Positions 1 through 13,100 of a DNA stretch of 64,000 nt are shown one piece after another (within the stretch, counting starts at the first letter, position 1; the number at the start of each line of letters is the position of its first letter). The position numbers were made by a program, and so were the translations under genes. The DNA comes from Auanema rhodensis (lineage: Eukaryota; Animalia; Nematoda), in NCBI GenBank assembly GCA_964057225.1, contig OZ059896.1, forward strand, positions 11,656,001 through 11,720,000, in the 5' to 3' direction. The notes under the pieces are model-generated. The model was not told the DNA's origin, did not search any database, and worked only from the letters and a program-made list of their open reading frames with translations.

Positions 1-125
1 TTTATATATTTTTTGATTGTTTTTATAATATTTATACATTTGAATAAACTTTTTAATATATATTATTTTTTTTTATATTAGTTTTAATTTATAAAATTTG
101 AATATATATGAAAGCTAATTAATAT

Positions 126-1160
126 GTTCACCGTACCTCTTATGGGTTAATCAATGGAACTCATATCGAAGGTTAATTCGATAAGATATATTTTATATAT
201 TTATTTTTTAATTTTATTTGTTTACATTGTTTATAGTTTGTGCTTATTATAGTTTATAATTATTAATTTAACTTTTAAAAAGTTTGTTGTTTTTCTAGGC
301 GAACCATTTTGTTCACCGTACCTGATATGGGTAAATCAATGGAACACATATCGAAAGTTAATTCGATAAGAACGATATGAAATACAAAAGTTAATGAAAC
401 ACATATCGAAGGTTAATTCGATAAGATCGTTAAAACAGGTGCACTGACCAACACAAGAACCACATGGCAAACGTTTTGTTCATTAAAATATGATAAATAG
501 CTGTACACCACATGTACCAAGTTGTCTAATATTTTCAAATTACATGAAAGAATAGTTTAAAGAAATTGTTTTAAATTTTATATTAGTATATTCTAATATA
601 CTAACTCAATAAAACACATATCGAAGGTTAATTCGATAGGATTCACAAACAATTGTGTTGTTTCCAATGGAATACATATCGAAGATTAATTCGATAAGAT
701 CGTTAAAACAGGTGCGCTGACCCACACATGTACCACATGGCAAAAGTTTTGTTCATTAAAATATGATAAATAGCTGTACAGCACAAGTACCCATAACGCT
801 AAAAAGAATACTTACCATGCCAAGGGGTCATGGGTATATACGAATATTTTCAAACTTTTTAGTATCAAAAATGTTATTGGAACACATATCGAATATTAAT
901 TCGATAAGATTGGTGAAACAGATACGTTGACCTACAATGAACCAAATGGCAAAGCACTTGTTCATTAAAGTATAACAATTAGCTGTATAGCATATGCATC
1001 AAGATTTCTAATATTCTCAAATTACGTGGAAAGAAGAGTATATAGAAAAAGTTTTAGTGTGTATATTACTAATATTCTAATACACTAACTCAATGGAACA
1101 CATATCGAAGATTAATTCGATAAGATCGATAAGAAGAAACAGGTGCGCTGACCACAACAA
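126..1160. repeat. Degenerate repeat cluster at the satellite boundary: 7 copies of ~36-bp motif CAATGGAACACATATCGAAGGTTAATTCGATAAGAT (TATCGAA-N6-TTCGATA inverted repeat) within a diverged ~213-bp unit
   Basis: TATCGAA half-sites begin at 164, 349, 404, 619, 677, 887 and 1103, each followed 6 nt later by TTCGATA. The long spacers after 404, 677 and 887 are mutually homologous (aaacaggtgc.ctgacc...atggcaaa...ttgttcattaaa.tat...tagctgta), and the copy after 1103 is truncated by the satellite. Confidence 0.85.
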
Positions 1161-4100
1161 TTCATGCGTTTTTTTAATCATTGAAAAACATTTAAATTTC
1201 AATATTGTGATGCTCAAAAACTGAAACATTTAAATATTTTGTATTTTCTGAACCATTTCATTCCATCTCTTTTTTTTAATCCCATATTTCAAACAACTTT
1301 ATATTTCTACCACAATTTCATAATTTCATTTTTTAAATTTTTAATCATTAAAAAACATTTAAATTTCAATATTGTGATGCTCAAAAACTGAAACATTTAA
1401 ACATTTTGTATTTTCTAAACCATTTCATTCCATCTCTTTTTTTTAATCCCATATTTCAAACAACTTTATATTTCTACCACAATTTCATAATTTCATTTTT
1501 TAAATTTTTAATCATTAAGAAACATTTACATTTCAATATTGTGATGCTCAAAAACTGAAACATTTAAATATTTTGTATTTTCTAAACCATTTCACTAAAT
1601 CTATTTTATTTAATCCCATATTTTAAACAACTTCATATTTCTACCACAATTTCATAATTTCATTTTTTAAATTTCTAATCATTAAAAAACATTTAAATTT
1701 CAATATTGTGATGCTGAAAAACTGAAACATTTAAATATTTTGTACTTTCTAAACCATTTCACTAAATCTATTTTATTTAATCCCATATTTTAAACAATTT
1801 TATAATTCTACCACTATTTCATAATTTCATTCTTTAAATTTTTAATCATTAAAAAACATATAAATTTCAATATTGTGATACTCAAAAACTGAAACATTTG
1901 AACATTTTATATTTTCTAAACCATTTCACTTCATCTCTTTTATTTAATTCCATTTTTTAAACAATTTTATAATTCTACGACTATTTCATAATTTCATTTT
2001 TTAAATTTTTAATCATTAAAAAACATTTAAATTTCAATATTGTGATGCTCAAAAACTGAAACATTTAAATATTTTGTATTTTCTAAACCATTTCACTAAA
2101 TCTATTTTATTTAATTCCATTTTTTAAACAATTTTATAATTCTACCACTATTTCATAATTTCATTCTTTAAATTTTTAATCATTAAAAAACATATAAATT
2201 TCAATATTGTGATGCTCAAAAACTGAAACATTTAAATATTTTGTATTTTCTTAACCATTTCACCAAATCTATTTTATTTAATTCCATATTTTAAACAATT
2301 TTATAATTCTACCACTATTTCATAATTTCATTCTTTAAAATTTTAATCATTAAAAAACATATAAATTTAAATATTGTGATGATCAAAACTGAAACATTTA
2401 AATATTTTGTATTTTCTAAACCATTTCACTAAATCTATTTTATTTAATTCCATATTTTAAACAATTTCATAATTCTACGACTATTTCATAACTTCATTTT
2501 TTAAATTTTTAATCATTAAAAAACATTTAAATTTCAATATTGTGATGCTCAAAAACTGAAACATTTAAATATTTTGTATTTTCTAAACCATTTCACTAAA
2601 TCTATTTTATTTAATTCCATTTTTTAAACAATTTTATAATTCTACCACTATTTCATAATTTCATTCTTTAAATTTTTAATCATTAAAAAACATATAAATT
2701 TCAATATTGTGATGCTCAAAAACTGAAACATTTAAATATTTTGTATTTTCTTAACCATTTCACCAAATCTATTTTATTTAATTCCATATTTTAAACAATT
2801 TTATAATTCTACCACTATTTCATAATTTCATTCTTTAAAATTTTAATCATTAAAAAACATATAAATTTAAATATTGTGATGATCAAAACTGAAACATTTA
2901 AATATTTTGTATTTTCTAAACCATTTCACTAAATCTATTTTATTTAATTCCATATTTTAAACAATTTCATAATTCTACGACTATTTCATAACTTCATTTT
3001 TTAAATTTTTAATCATTAAAAAACATTTAAATTTCAATATTGTGATGCTCAAAAACTGAAACATTTAAATATTTTGTATTTTCTAAACCATTTCACTAAA
3101 TCAATTTTATTTAATCCCATATTTTAAACAATTTTATAATTCTACCACTATTTCATAATTTCATTCTTTAAATTTTTAATCATTAAGAAACATTTACATT
3201 TCAATATTGTGATGCTCAAAAACTGAAACATTTGAATATTTTGTATTTTCTAAACCATTTCACTAAATCTATATTATTTAATCCCATATTTTGAACAATT
3301 TTATAATTATACCACTATTTCATAATTTCATTCTTTAAATTTTTAATCATTAAAAAACATATAAATTTCAATATTGTGATGATCAAAAACTGAAACATTT
3401 AAATATTTTGTATTTTCTAAACCATTTCACTAAATCTATTTTATTTAATTCCATATTTTAAACAATTTTATAATTCTACGACTATTTGATAATTTCATTT
3501 TTTAAATTTTCAATCATTAAAAAACATTTAAATTTCAATATTGTGATGCTCAAAAACTGAAACATTTAAATATTTTGTATTTTCTAAACCATTTCACTAA
3601 ATCTATTTTATTTAATCCCATATTTTAAACTATTTTATAATTCTACCACTATTTCATAATTTCATTCTTTAAATTTTTAATCATTAAAAAACATATAAAT
3701 TTCAATATTGTGATGATCAAAAACTGAAACATTTAAATATTTTGTATTTTCTAAACCATTTCACTAAATCTATTTTATTTAATTCCATTTTTTAAACAAT
3801 TTTATAATTCTACGACTATTTCATAATTTCATTTTTTAAATTTTTAATCATTAAAAAACATTTAAATTTCAATATTGTGATGCTCAAAAACTGAAACATT
3901 TAAATATTTTGTATTTTCTAAACCATTTCACTCCATCTCTTTTAATTAATTCCATATTTTTAACAATTTCATATTTCTACCACAATTTCATAATTTCATT
4001 TTTTAAATTTCTAATCATTAAGAAACATTTAAATTTCAATATTGTGATGCTCAAAAACTGAAACATTTAAATATTTTGTATTTTCTAAACCATTTCACTA

Positions 4101-7100
4101 AATCAATTTTATTTAATCCCATATTTTAAACAATTTTATAATTCTACCACTATTTCATAATTTCATTCTTTAAATTTTTAATCATTAAGAAACATTTACA
4201 TTTCAATATTGTGATGCTCAAAAACTGAAACATTTGAATATTTTGTATTTTCTAAACCATTTCACTAAATCTATATTATTTAATCCCATATTTCAAACAA
4301 CTTTATATTTCTACCACAATTTCATAATTTCATTTTTTAAATTTTTAATCATTAAAAAACATTTAAATTTCAATATTGTGATGCTCAAAAACTGAAACAT
4401 TTAAACATTTTGTATTTTCTAAACCATTTCATTCCATCTCTTTTTTTTAATCCCATATTTCAAACAACTTTATATTTCTACCACAATTTCATAATTTCAT
4501 TTTTTAAATTTTTAATCATTAAGAAACATTTACATTTCAATATTGTGATGCTCAAAAACTGAAACATTTAAATATTTTGTATTTTCTAAACCATTTCACT
4601 AAATCTATTTTATTTAATCCCATATTTTAAACAACTTCATATTTCTACCACAATTTCATAATTTCATTTTTTAAATTTCTAATCATTAAAAAACATTTAA
4701 ATTTCAATATTGTGATGCTGAAAAACTGAAACATTTAAATATTTTGTACTTTCTAAACCATTTCACTAAATCTATTTTATTTAATCCCATATTTTAAACA
4801 ATTTTATATTTCTACCACTATTTCATAATTTCATTCTTTAAATTTTTAATCATTAAAAAACATATAAATTTCAATATTGTGATGCTCAAAAACTGAAACA
4901 TTTGAACATTTTATATTTTCTAAACCATTTCACTTCATCTCTTTTATTTAATTCCATTTTTTAAACAATTTTATAATTCTACGACTATTTCATAATTTCA
5001 TTTTTTAAGTTTTTAATCATTAAAAAACATTTAAATTTCAATATTGTGATGCTCAAAAACTGAAACATTTAAATATTTTGTATTTTCTAAACCGTTTCAC
5101 TAAATCTATTTTATTTAATTCCATTTTTTAAACAATTTTATAATTCTACCACTATTTCATAAATTCATTCTTTAAATTTTTAATCATTAAAAAACATATA
5201 AATTTCAATATTGTGATGCTCAAAAACTGAAACATTTAAATATTTTGTATTTTCTTAACCATTTCACCAAATCTATTTTATTTAATTCCATATTTTAAAC
5301 AATTTTATAATTCTACCACTATTTCATAATTTAATTCTTTAAATTTTTAATCATTAAGAAACATTTACATTTCAATATTGTGATGCTCAAAAACTGAAAC
5401 ATTTGAATATTTTGTATTTTCTAAACCATTTCACTAAATCTATATTATTTAATCCCATATTTTGAACAATTTTATAATTATACCACTATTTCATAATTTC
5501 ATTCTTTAAATTTTTAATCATTAAAAAACATATAAATTTCAATATTGTGATGATCAAAAACTGAAACATTTAAATATTTTGTATTTTCTAAACCATTTCA
5601 CTAAATCTATTTTATTTAATTCCATATTTTAAACAATTTTATAATTCTACGACTATTTGATAATTTCATTTTTTAAATTTTCAATCATTAAAAAACATTT
5701 AAATTTCAATATTGTGATGCTCAAAAACTGAAACATTTAAATATTTTGTATTTTCTAAACCATTTCACTAAATCTATTTTATTTAATCCCATATTTTAAA
5801 CTATTTTATAATTCTACCACTATTTCATAATTTCATTCTTTAAATTTTTAATCATTAAAAAACATATAAATTTCAATATTGTGATGATCAAAAACTGAAA
5901 CATTTAAATATTTTGTATTTTCTAAACCATTTCACTAAATCTATTTTATTTAATTCCATTTTTTAAACAATTTTATAATTCTACGACTATTTCATAATTT
6001 CATTTTTTAAATTTTTAATCATTAAAAAACATTTAAATTTCAATATTGTGATGCTCAAAAACTGAAACATTCAAATATTTTGTATTTTCTAAACCATTTC
6101 ACTCCATCTCTTTTAATTAATTCCATATTTTTAACAATTTCATATTTCTACCACGAATTCATAACTTCATTTTTTAAATTTTTAATCATTAAAAAACATT
6201 TAAATTTCAATATTGTGATGCTCAAAAACTGAAACATTTAAATATTCTGTATTTTCTTAACCATTACACTCCATCTCTTTTATTTAATCCCATATTTTAA
6301 ACAATTTCATAATTCTACCACTATTTCATAATTTCATTCTTTAAAATTTTATTCATTAAAAAATATTTAAATTTCAATATTGTGATGCTCAAAAACTGAA
6401 ACATTCAAATATTTTGTATTTTCTAAACCATTTCACTAAATCTATTTTATTTAATTCCATATTTTAAACAATTTTATAATTCTACCACTATTTCATAATT
6501 TCATTCTTTAAATTTTTAATCATTAAAAAACATATAAATTTCAATATTGTGATGATCAAAAACTGAAACATTTAAATATTTTGTATTTTCTAAACCATTT
6601 CACTAAATCTATTTTATTTAATTCCATATTTTAAACAATTTCATAATTCTACCACTATTTCATAATTTCATTCTTTAAAATTTTATTCATTAAAAAATAT
6701 TTAAATTTCAATATTGTGATGCTCAAAAACTGAAACATTTGAATATTTTGTATTTTCTAAACCATTTCACTAAATCTATATTATTTAATCCCATATTTTG
6801 AACAATTTTATAATTATACCACTATTTCATAATTTCATTCTTTAAATTTTTAATCATTAAAAAACATATAAATTTCAATATTGTGATGATCAAAAACTGA
6901 AACATTTAAATATTTTGTATTTTCTAAACCATTTCACTAAATCTATTTTATTTAATTCCATATTTTAAACAATTTTATAATTCTACGACTATTTGATAAT
7001 TTCATTTTTTAAATTTTCAATCATTAAAAAACATTTAAATTTCAATATTGTGATGCTCAAAAACTGAAACATTTAAATATTTTGTATTTTCTAAACCATT

Positions 7101-10100
7101 TCACTAAATCTATTTTATTTAATCCCATATTTTAAACAATTTTATAATTCTACCACTATTTCATAATTTCATTCTTTAAATTTTTAATCATTAAGAAACA
7201 TTTACATTTCAATATTGTGATGCTCAAAAACTGAAACATTTGAATATTTTGTATTTTCTAAACCATTTCACTAAATCTATATTATTTAATCCCATATTTT
7301 GAACAATTTTATAATTATACCACTATTTCATAATTTCATTCTTTAAATTTTTAATCATTAAAAAACATATAAATTTCAATATTGTGATGATCAAAAACTG
7401 AAACATTTAAATATTTTGTATTTTCTAAACCATTTCACTAAATCTATTTTATTTAATTCCATATTTTAAACAATTTTATAATTCTACGACTATTTGATAA
7501 TTTCATTTTTTAAATTTTCAATCATTAAAAAACATTTAAATTTCAATATTGTGATGCTCAAAAACTGAAACATTTAAATATTTTGTATTTTCTAAACCAT
7601 TTCACTAAATCTATTTTATTTAATCCCATATTTTAAACTATTTTATAATTCTACCACTATTTCATAATTTCATTCTTTAAATTTTTAATCATTAAAAAAC
7701 ATATAAATTTCAATATTGTGATGATCAAAAACTGAAACATTTAAATATTTTGTATTTTCTAAACCATTTCACTAAATCTATTTTATTTAATTCCATTTTT
7801 TAAACAATTTTATAATTCTACGACTATTTCATAATTTCATTTTTTAAATTTTTAATCATTAAAAAACATTTAAATTTCAATATTGTGATGCTCAAAAACT
7901 GAAACATTCAAATATTTTGTATTTTCTAAACCATTTCACTCCATCTCTTTTAATTAATTCCATATTTTTAACAATTTCATATTTCTACCACGAATTCATA
8001 ACTTCATTTTTTAAATTTTTAATCATTAAAAAACATTTAAATTTCAATATTGTGATGCTCAAAAACTGAAACATTTAAATATTCTGTATTTTCTTAACCA
8101 TTACACTCCATCTCTTTTATTTAATCCCATATTTTAAACAATTTCATAATTCTACTACTATTTCATAATTTCATTCTTTAAAATTTTATTCATTAAAAAA
8201 TATTTAAATTTCAATATTGTGATGCTCAAAAACTGAAACATTCAAATATTTTGTATTTTCTAAACCATTTCACTAAATCTATTTTATTTAATTCCATATT
8301 TTAAACAATTTTATAATTCTACCACTATTTCATAATTTCATTCTTTAAATTTTTAATCATTAAAAAACATATAAATTTCAATATTGTGATGATCAAAAAC
8401 TGAAACATTTAAATATTTTGTATTTTCTAAACCATTTCACTAAATCTATTTTATTTAATTCCATATTTTAAACAATTTCATAATTCTACCACTATTTCAT
8501 AATTTCATTCTTTAAAATTTTATTCATTAAAAAATATTTAAATTTCAATATTGTGATGCTCAAAAACTGAAACATTTGAATATTTTGTATTTTCTAAACC
8601 ATTTCACTAAATCTATATTATTTAATCCCATATTTTGAACAATTTTATAATTATACCACTATTTCATAATTTCATTCTTTAAATTTTTAATCATTAAAAA
8701 ACATATAAATTTCAATATTGTGATGATCAAAAACTGAAACATTTAAATATTTTGTATTTTCTAAACCATTTCACTAAATCTATTTTATTTAATTCCATAT
8801 TTTAAACAATTTTATAATTCTACGACTATTTGATAATTTCATTTTTTAAATTTTCAATCATTAAAAAACATTTAAATTTCAATATTGTGATGCTCAAAAA
8901 CTGAAACATTTAAATATTTTGTATTTTCTAAACCATTTCACTAAATCTATTTTATTTAATCCCATATTTTAAACTATTTTATAATTCTACCACTATTTCA
9001 TAATTTCATTCTTTAAATTTTTAATCATTAAAAAACATATAAATTTCAATATTGTGATGATCAAAAACTGAAACATTTAAATATTTTGTATTTTCTAAAC
9101 CATTTCACTAAATCTATTTTATTTAATTCCATTTTTTAAACAATTTTATAATTCTACGACTATTTCATAATTTCATTTTTTAAATTTTTAATCATTAAAA
9201 AACATTTAAATTTCAATATTGTGATGCTCAAAAACTGAAACATTTAAATATTTTGTATTTTCTAAACCATTTCACTCCATCTCTTTTAATTAATTCCATA
9301 TTTTTAGCAATTTCATATTTCTACCACGAATTCATAACTTCATTTTTTAAATTTTTAATCATTAAAAAACATTTAAATTTCAATATTGTGATGCTCAAAA
9401 ACTGAAACATTTAAATATTCTGTATTTTCTTAACCATTACACTCCATCTCTTTTATTTAATCCCATATTTTAAACAATTTCATAATTCTACCACTATTTC
9501 ATAATTTCATTCTTTAAAATTTTATTCATTAAAAAATATTTAAATTTCAATATTGTGATGCTCAAAAACTGAAACATTCAAATATTTTGTATTTTCTAAA
9601 CCATTTCACTTCATCTCTTTTATTTAATTCCATTTTTTAAACAATTTTATAATTCTACGACTATTTCATAATTTCATTTTTTAAGTTTTTAATCATTAAA
9701 AAACATTTAAATTTCAATATTGTGATGCTCAAAAACTGAAACATTTAAATATTTTGTATTTTCTAAACCATTTCACTAAATCTATATTATTTAATCCCAT
9801 ATTTTGAACAATTTTATAATTATACCACTATTTCATAATTTCATTCTTTAAATTTTTAATCATTAAAAAACATATAAATTTCAATATTGTGATGATCAAA
9901 AACTGAAACATTTAAATATTTTGTATTTTCTAAACCATTTCACTAAATCTATTTTATTTAATTCCATATTTTAAACAATTTTATAATTCTACGACTATTT
10001 GATAATTTCATTTTTTAAATTTTCAATCATTAAAAAACATTTAAATTTCAATATTGTGATGCTCAAAAACTGAAACATTTAAATATTTTGTATTTTCTAA

Positions 10101-13100
10101 ACCATTTCACTAAATCTATTTTATTTAATCCCATATTTTAAACTATTTTATAATTCTACCACTATTTCATAATTTCATTCTTTAAATTTTTAATCATTAA
10201 AAAACATATAAATTTCAATATTGTGATGATCAAAAACTGAAACATTTAAATATTTTGTATTTTCTAAACCATTTCACTAAATCTATTTTATTTAATTCCA
10301 TTTTTTGAACAATTTTATAATTCTACGACTATTTCATAATTTCATTTTTTAAATTTTTAATCATTAAAAAACATTTAAATTTCAATATTGTGATGCTCAA
10401 AAACTGAAACATTTAAATATTTTGTATTTTCTAAACCATTTCACTCCATCTCTTTTAATTAATTCCATATTTTTAACAATTTCATATTTCTACCACGAAT
10501 TCATAACTTCATTTTTTAAATTTTTAATCATTAAAAAACATTTAAATTTCAATATTGTGATGCTCAAAAACTGAAACATTTAAATATTCTGTATTTTCTT
10601 AACCATTACACTCCATCTCTTTTATTTAATCCCATATTTTAAACAATTTCATAATTCTACCACTATTTCATAATTTCATTCTTTAAAATTTTATTCATTA
10701 AAAAATATTTAAATTTCAATATTGTGATGCTCAAAAACTGAAACATTCAAATATTTTGTATTTTCTAAACCATTTCACTTCATCTCTTTTATTTAATTCC
10801 ATTTTTTAAACAATTTTATAATTCTACGACTATTTCATAATTTCATTTTTTAAGTTTTTAATCATTAAAAAACATTTAAATTTCAATATTGTGATGCTCA
10901 AAAACTGAAACATTTAAATATTTTGTATTTTCTAAACCGTTTCACTAAATCTATTTTATTTAATTCCATTTTTTAAACAATTTTATAATTCTACCACTAT
11001 TTCATAATTTCATTCTTTAAATTTTTAATCATTAAAAAACATATAAATTTCAATATTGTGATGCTCATAAACTGAAACATTTGAATATTTTGTATTTTCT
11101 AAACCATTTCACTAAATCTATATTATTTAATCCCATATTTTGAACAATTTTATAATTATACCACTATTTGATAATTTCATTTTTTAAATTTTCAATCATT
11201 AAAAAACATTTAAATTTCAATATTGTGATGCTCAAAAACTGAAACATTTAAATATTTTGTATTTTCTAAACCATTTCACTAAATCTATTTTATTTAATTC
11301 CATTTTTTAAACAATTTTATAATTATACCACTATTTGATAATTTCATTTTTTAAATTTTCAATCATTAAAAAACATTTAAATTTCAATATTGTGATGCTC
11401 AAAAACTGAAACATTTAAATATTTTGTATTTTCTAAACCGTTTCACTAAATCTATTTTATTTAATTCCATTTTTTAAACAATTTTATAATTCTACCACTA
11501 TTTCATAATTTCATTCTTTAAATTTTTAATCATTAAAAAACATATAAATTTCAATATTGTGATGATCAAAAACTGAAACATTTAAATATTTTGTATTTTC
11601 TAAACCATTTCACTAAATCTATTTTATTTAATTCCATATTTTAAACAATTTTATAATTCTACGACTATTTGATAATTTCATTTTTTAAATTTTCAATCAT
11701 TAAAAAACATTTAAATTTCAATATTGTGATGCTCAAAAACTGAAACATTTAAATATTTTGTATTTTCTAAACCATTTCACTAAATCTATTTTATTTAATC
11801 CCATATTTTAAACTATTTTATAATTCTACCACTATTTCATAATTTCATTCTTTAAATTTTTAATCATTAAAAAACATATAAATTTCAATATTGTGATGAT
11901 CAAAAACTGAAACATTTAAATATTTTGTATTTTCTAAACCATTTCACTAAATCTATTTTATTTAATTCCATTTTTTGAACAATTTTATAATTCTACGACT
12001 ATTTCATAATTTCATTTTTTAAATTTTTAATCATTAAAAAACATTTAAATTTCAATATTGTGATGCTCAAAAACTGAAACATTTAAATATTTTGTATTTT
12101 CTAAACCATTTCACTCCATCTCTTTTAATTAATTCCATATTTTTAACAATTTCATATTTCTACCACGAATTCATAACTTCATTTTTTAAATTTTTAATCA
12201 TTAAAAAACATTTAAATTTCAATATTGTGATGCTCAAAAACTGAAACATTTAAATATTCTGTATTTTCTTAACCATTACACTCCATCTCTTTTATTTAAT
12301 CCCATATTTTAAACAATTTCATAATTCTACCACTATTTCATAATTTCATTCTTTAAAATTTTATTCATTAAAAAATATTTAAATTTCAATATTGTGATGC
12401 TCAAAAACTGAAACATTCAAATATTTTGTATTTTCTAAACCATTTCACTTCATCTCTTTTATTTAATTCCATTTTTTAAACAATTTTATAATTCTACGAC
12501 TATTTCATAATTTCATTTTTTAAGTTTTTAATCATTAAAAAACATTTAAATTTCAATATTGTGATGCTCAAAAACTGAAACATTTAAATATTTTGTATTT
12601 TCTAAACCGTTTCACTAAATCTATTTTATTTAATTCCATTTTTTAAACAATTTTATAATTCTACCACTATTTCATAATTTCATTCTTTAAATTTTTAATC
12701 ATTAAAAAACATATAAATTTCAATATTGTGATGCTCATAAACTGAAACATTTGAATATTTTGTATTTTCTAAACCATTTCACTAAATCTATATTATTTAA
12801 TCCCATATTTTGAACAATTTTATAATTATACCACTATTTCATAATTTCATTCTTTAAATTTTTAATCATTAAAAAATATTTAAATTTCAATATTGTGATG
12901 CTCAAAAACTGAAACATTTAAATATTCTGTATTTTCTTAACCATTACACTCCATCTCTTTTATTTAATCCCATATTTTAAACAATTTCATAATTCTACCA
13001 CTATTTCATAATTTCATTCTTTAAAATTTTATTCATTAAAAAATATTTAAATTTCAATATTGTGATGCTCAAAAACTGAAACATTCAAATATTTTGTATT

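Noticed and set aside
1-125. Extremely AT-rich stretch as an origin or mitochondrial control region
   Set aside because: Low complexity with no flanking mitochondrial genes or tRNAs.
150-1130. CRISPR-like look of the ~36-bp palindromic repeats
   Set aside because: Spacing is irregular (55-216 bp), long spacers are homologous to each other, there are no cas genes and the context is eukaryotic.
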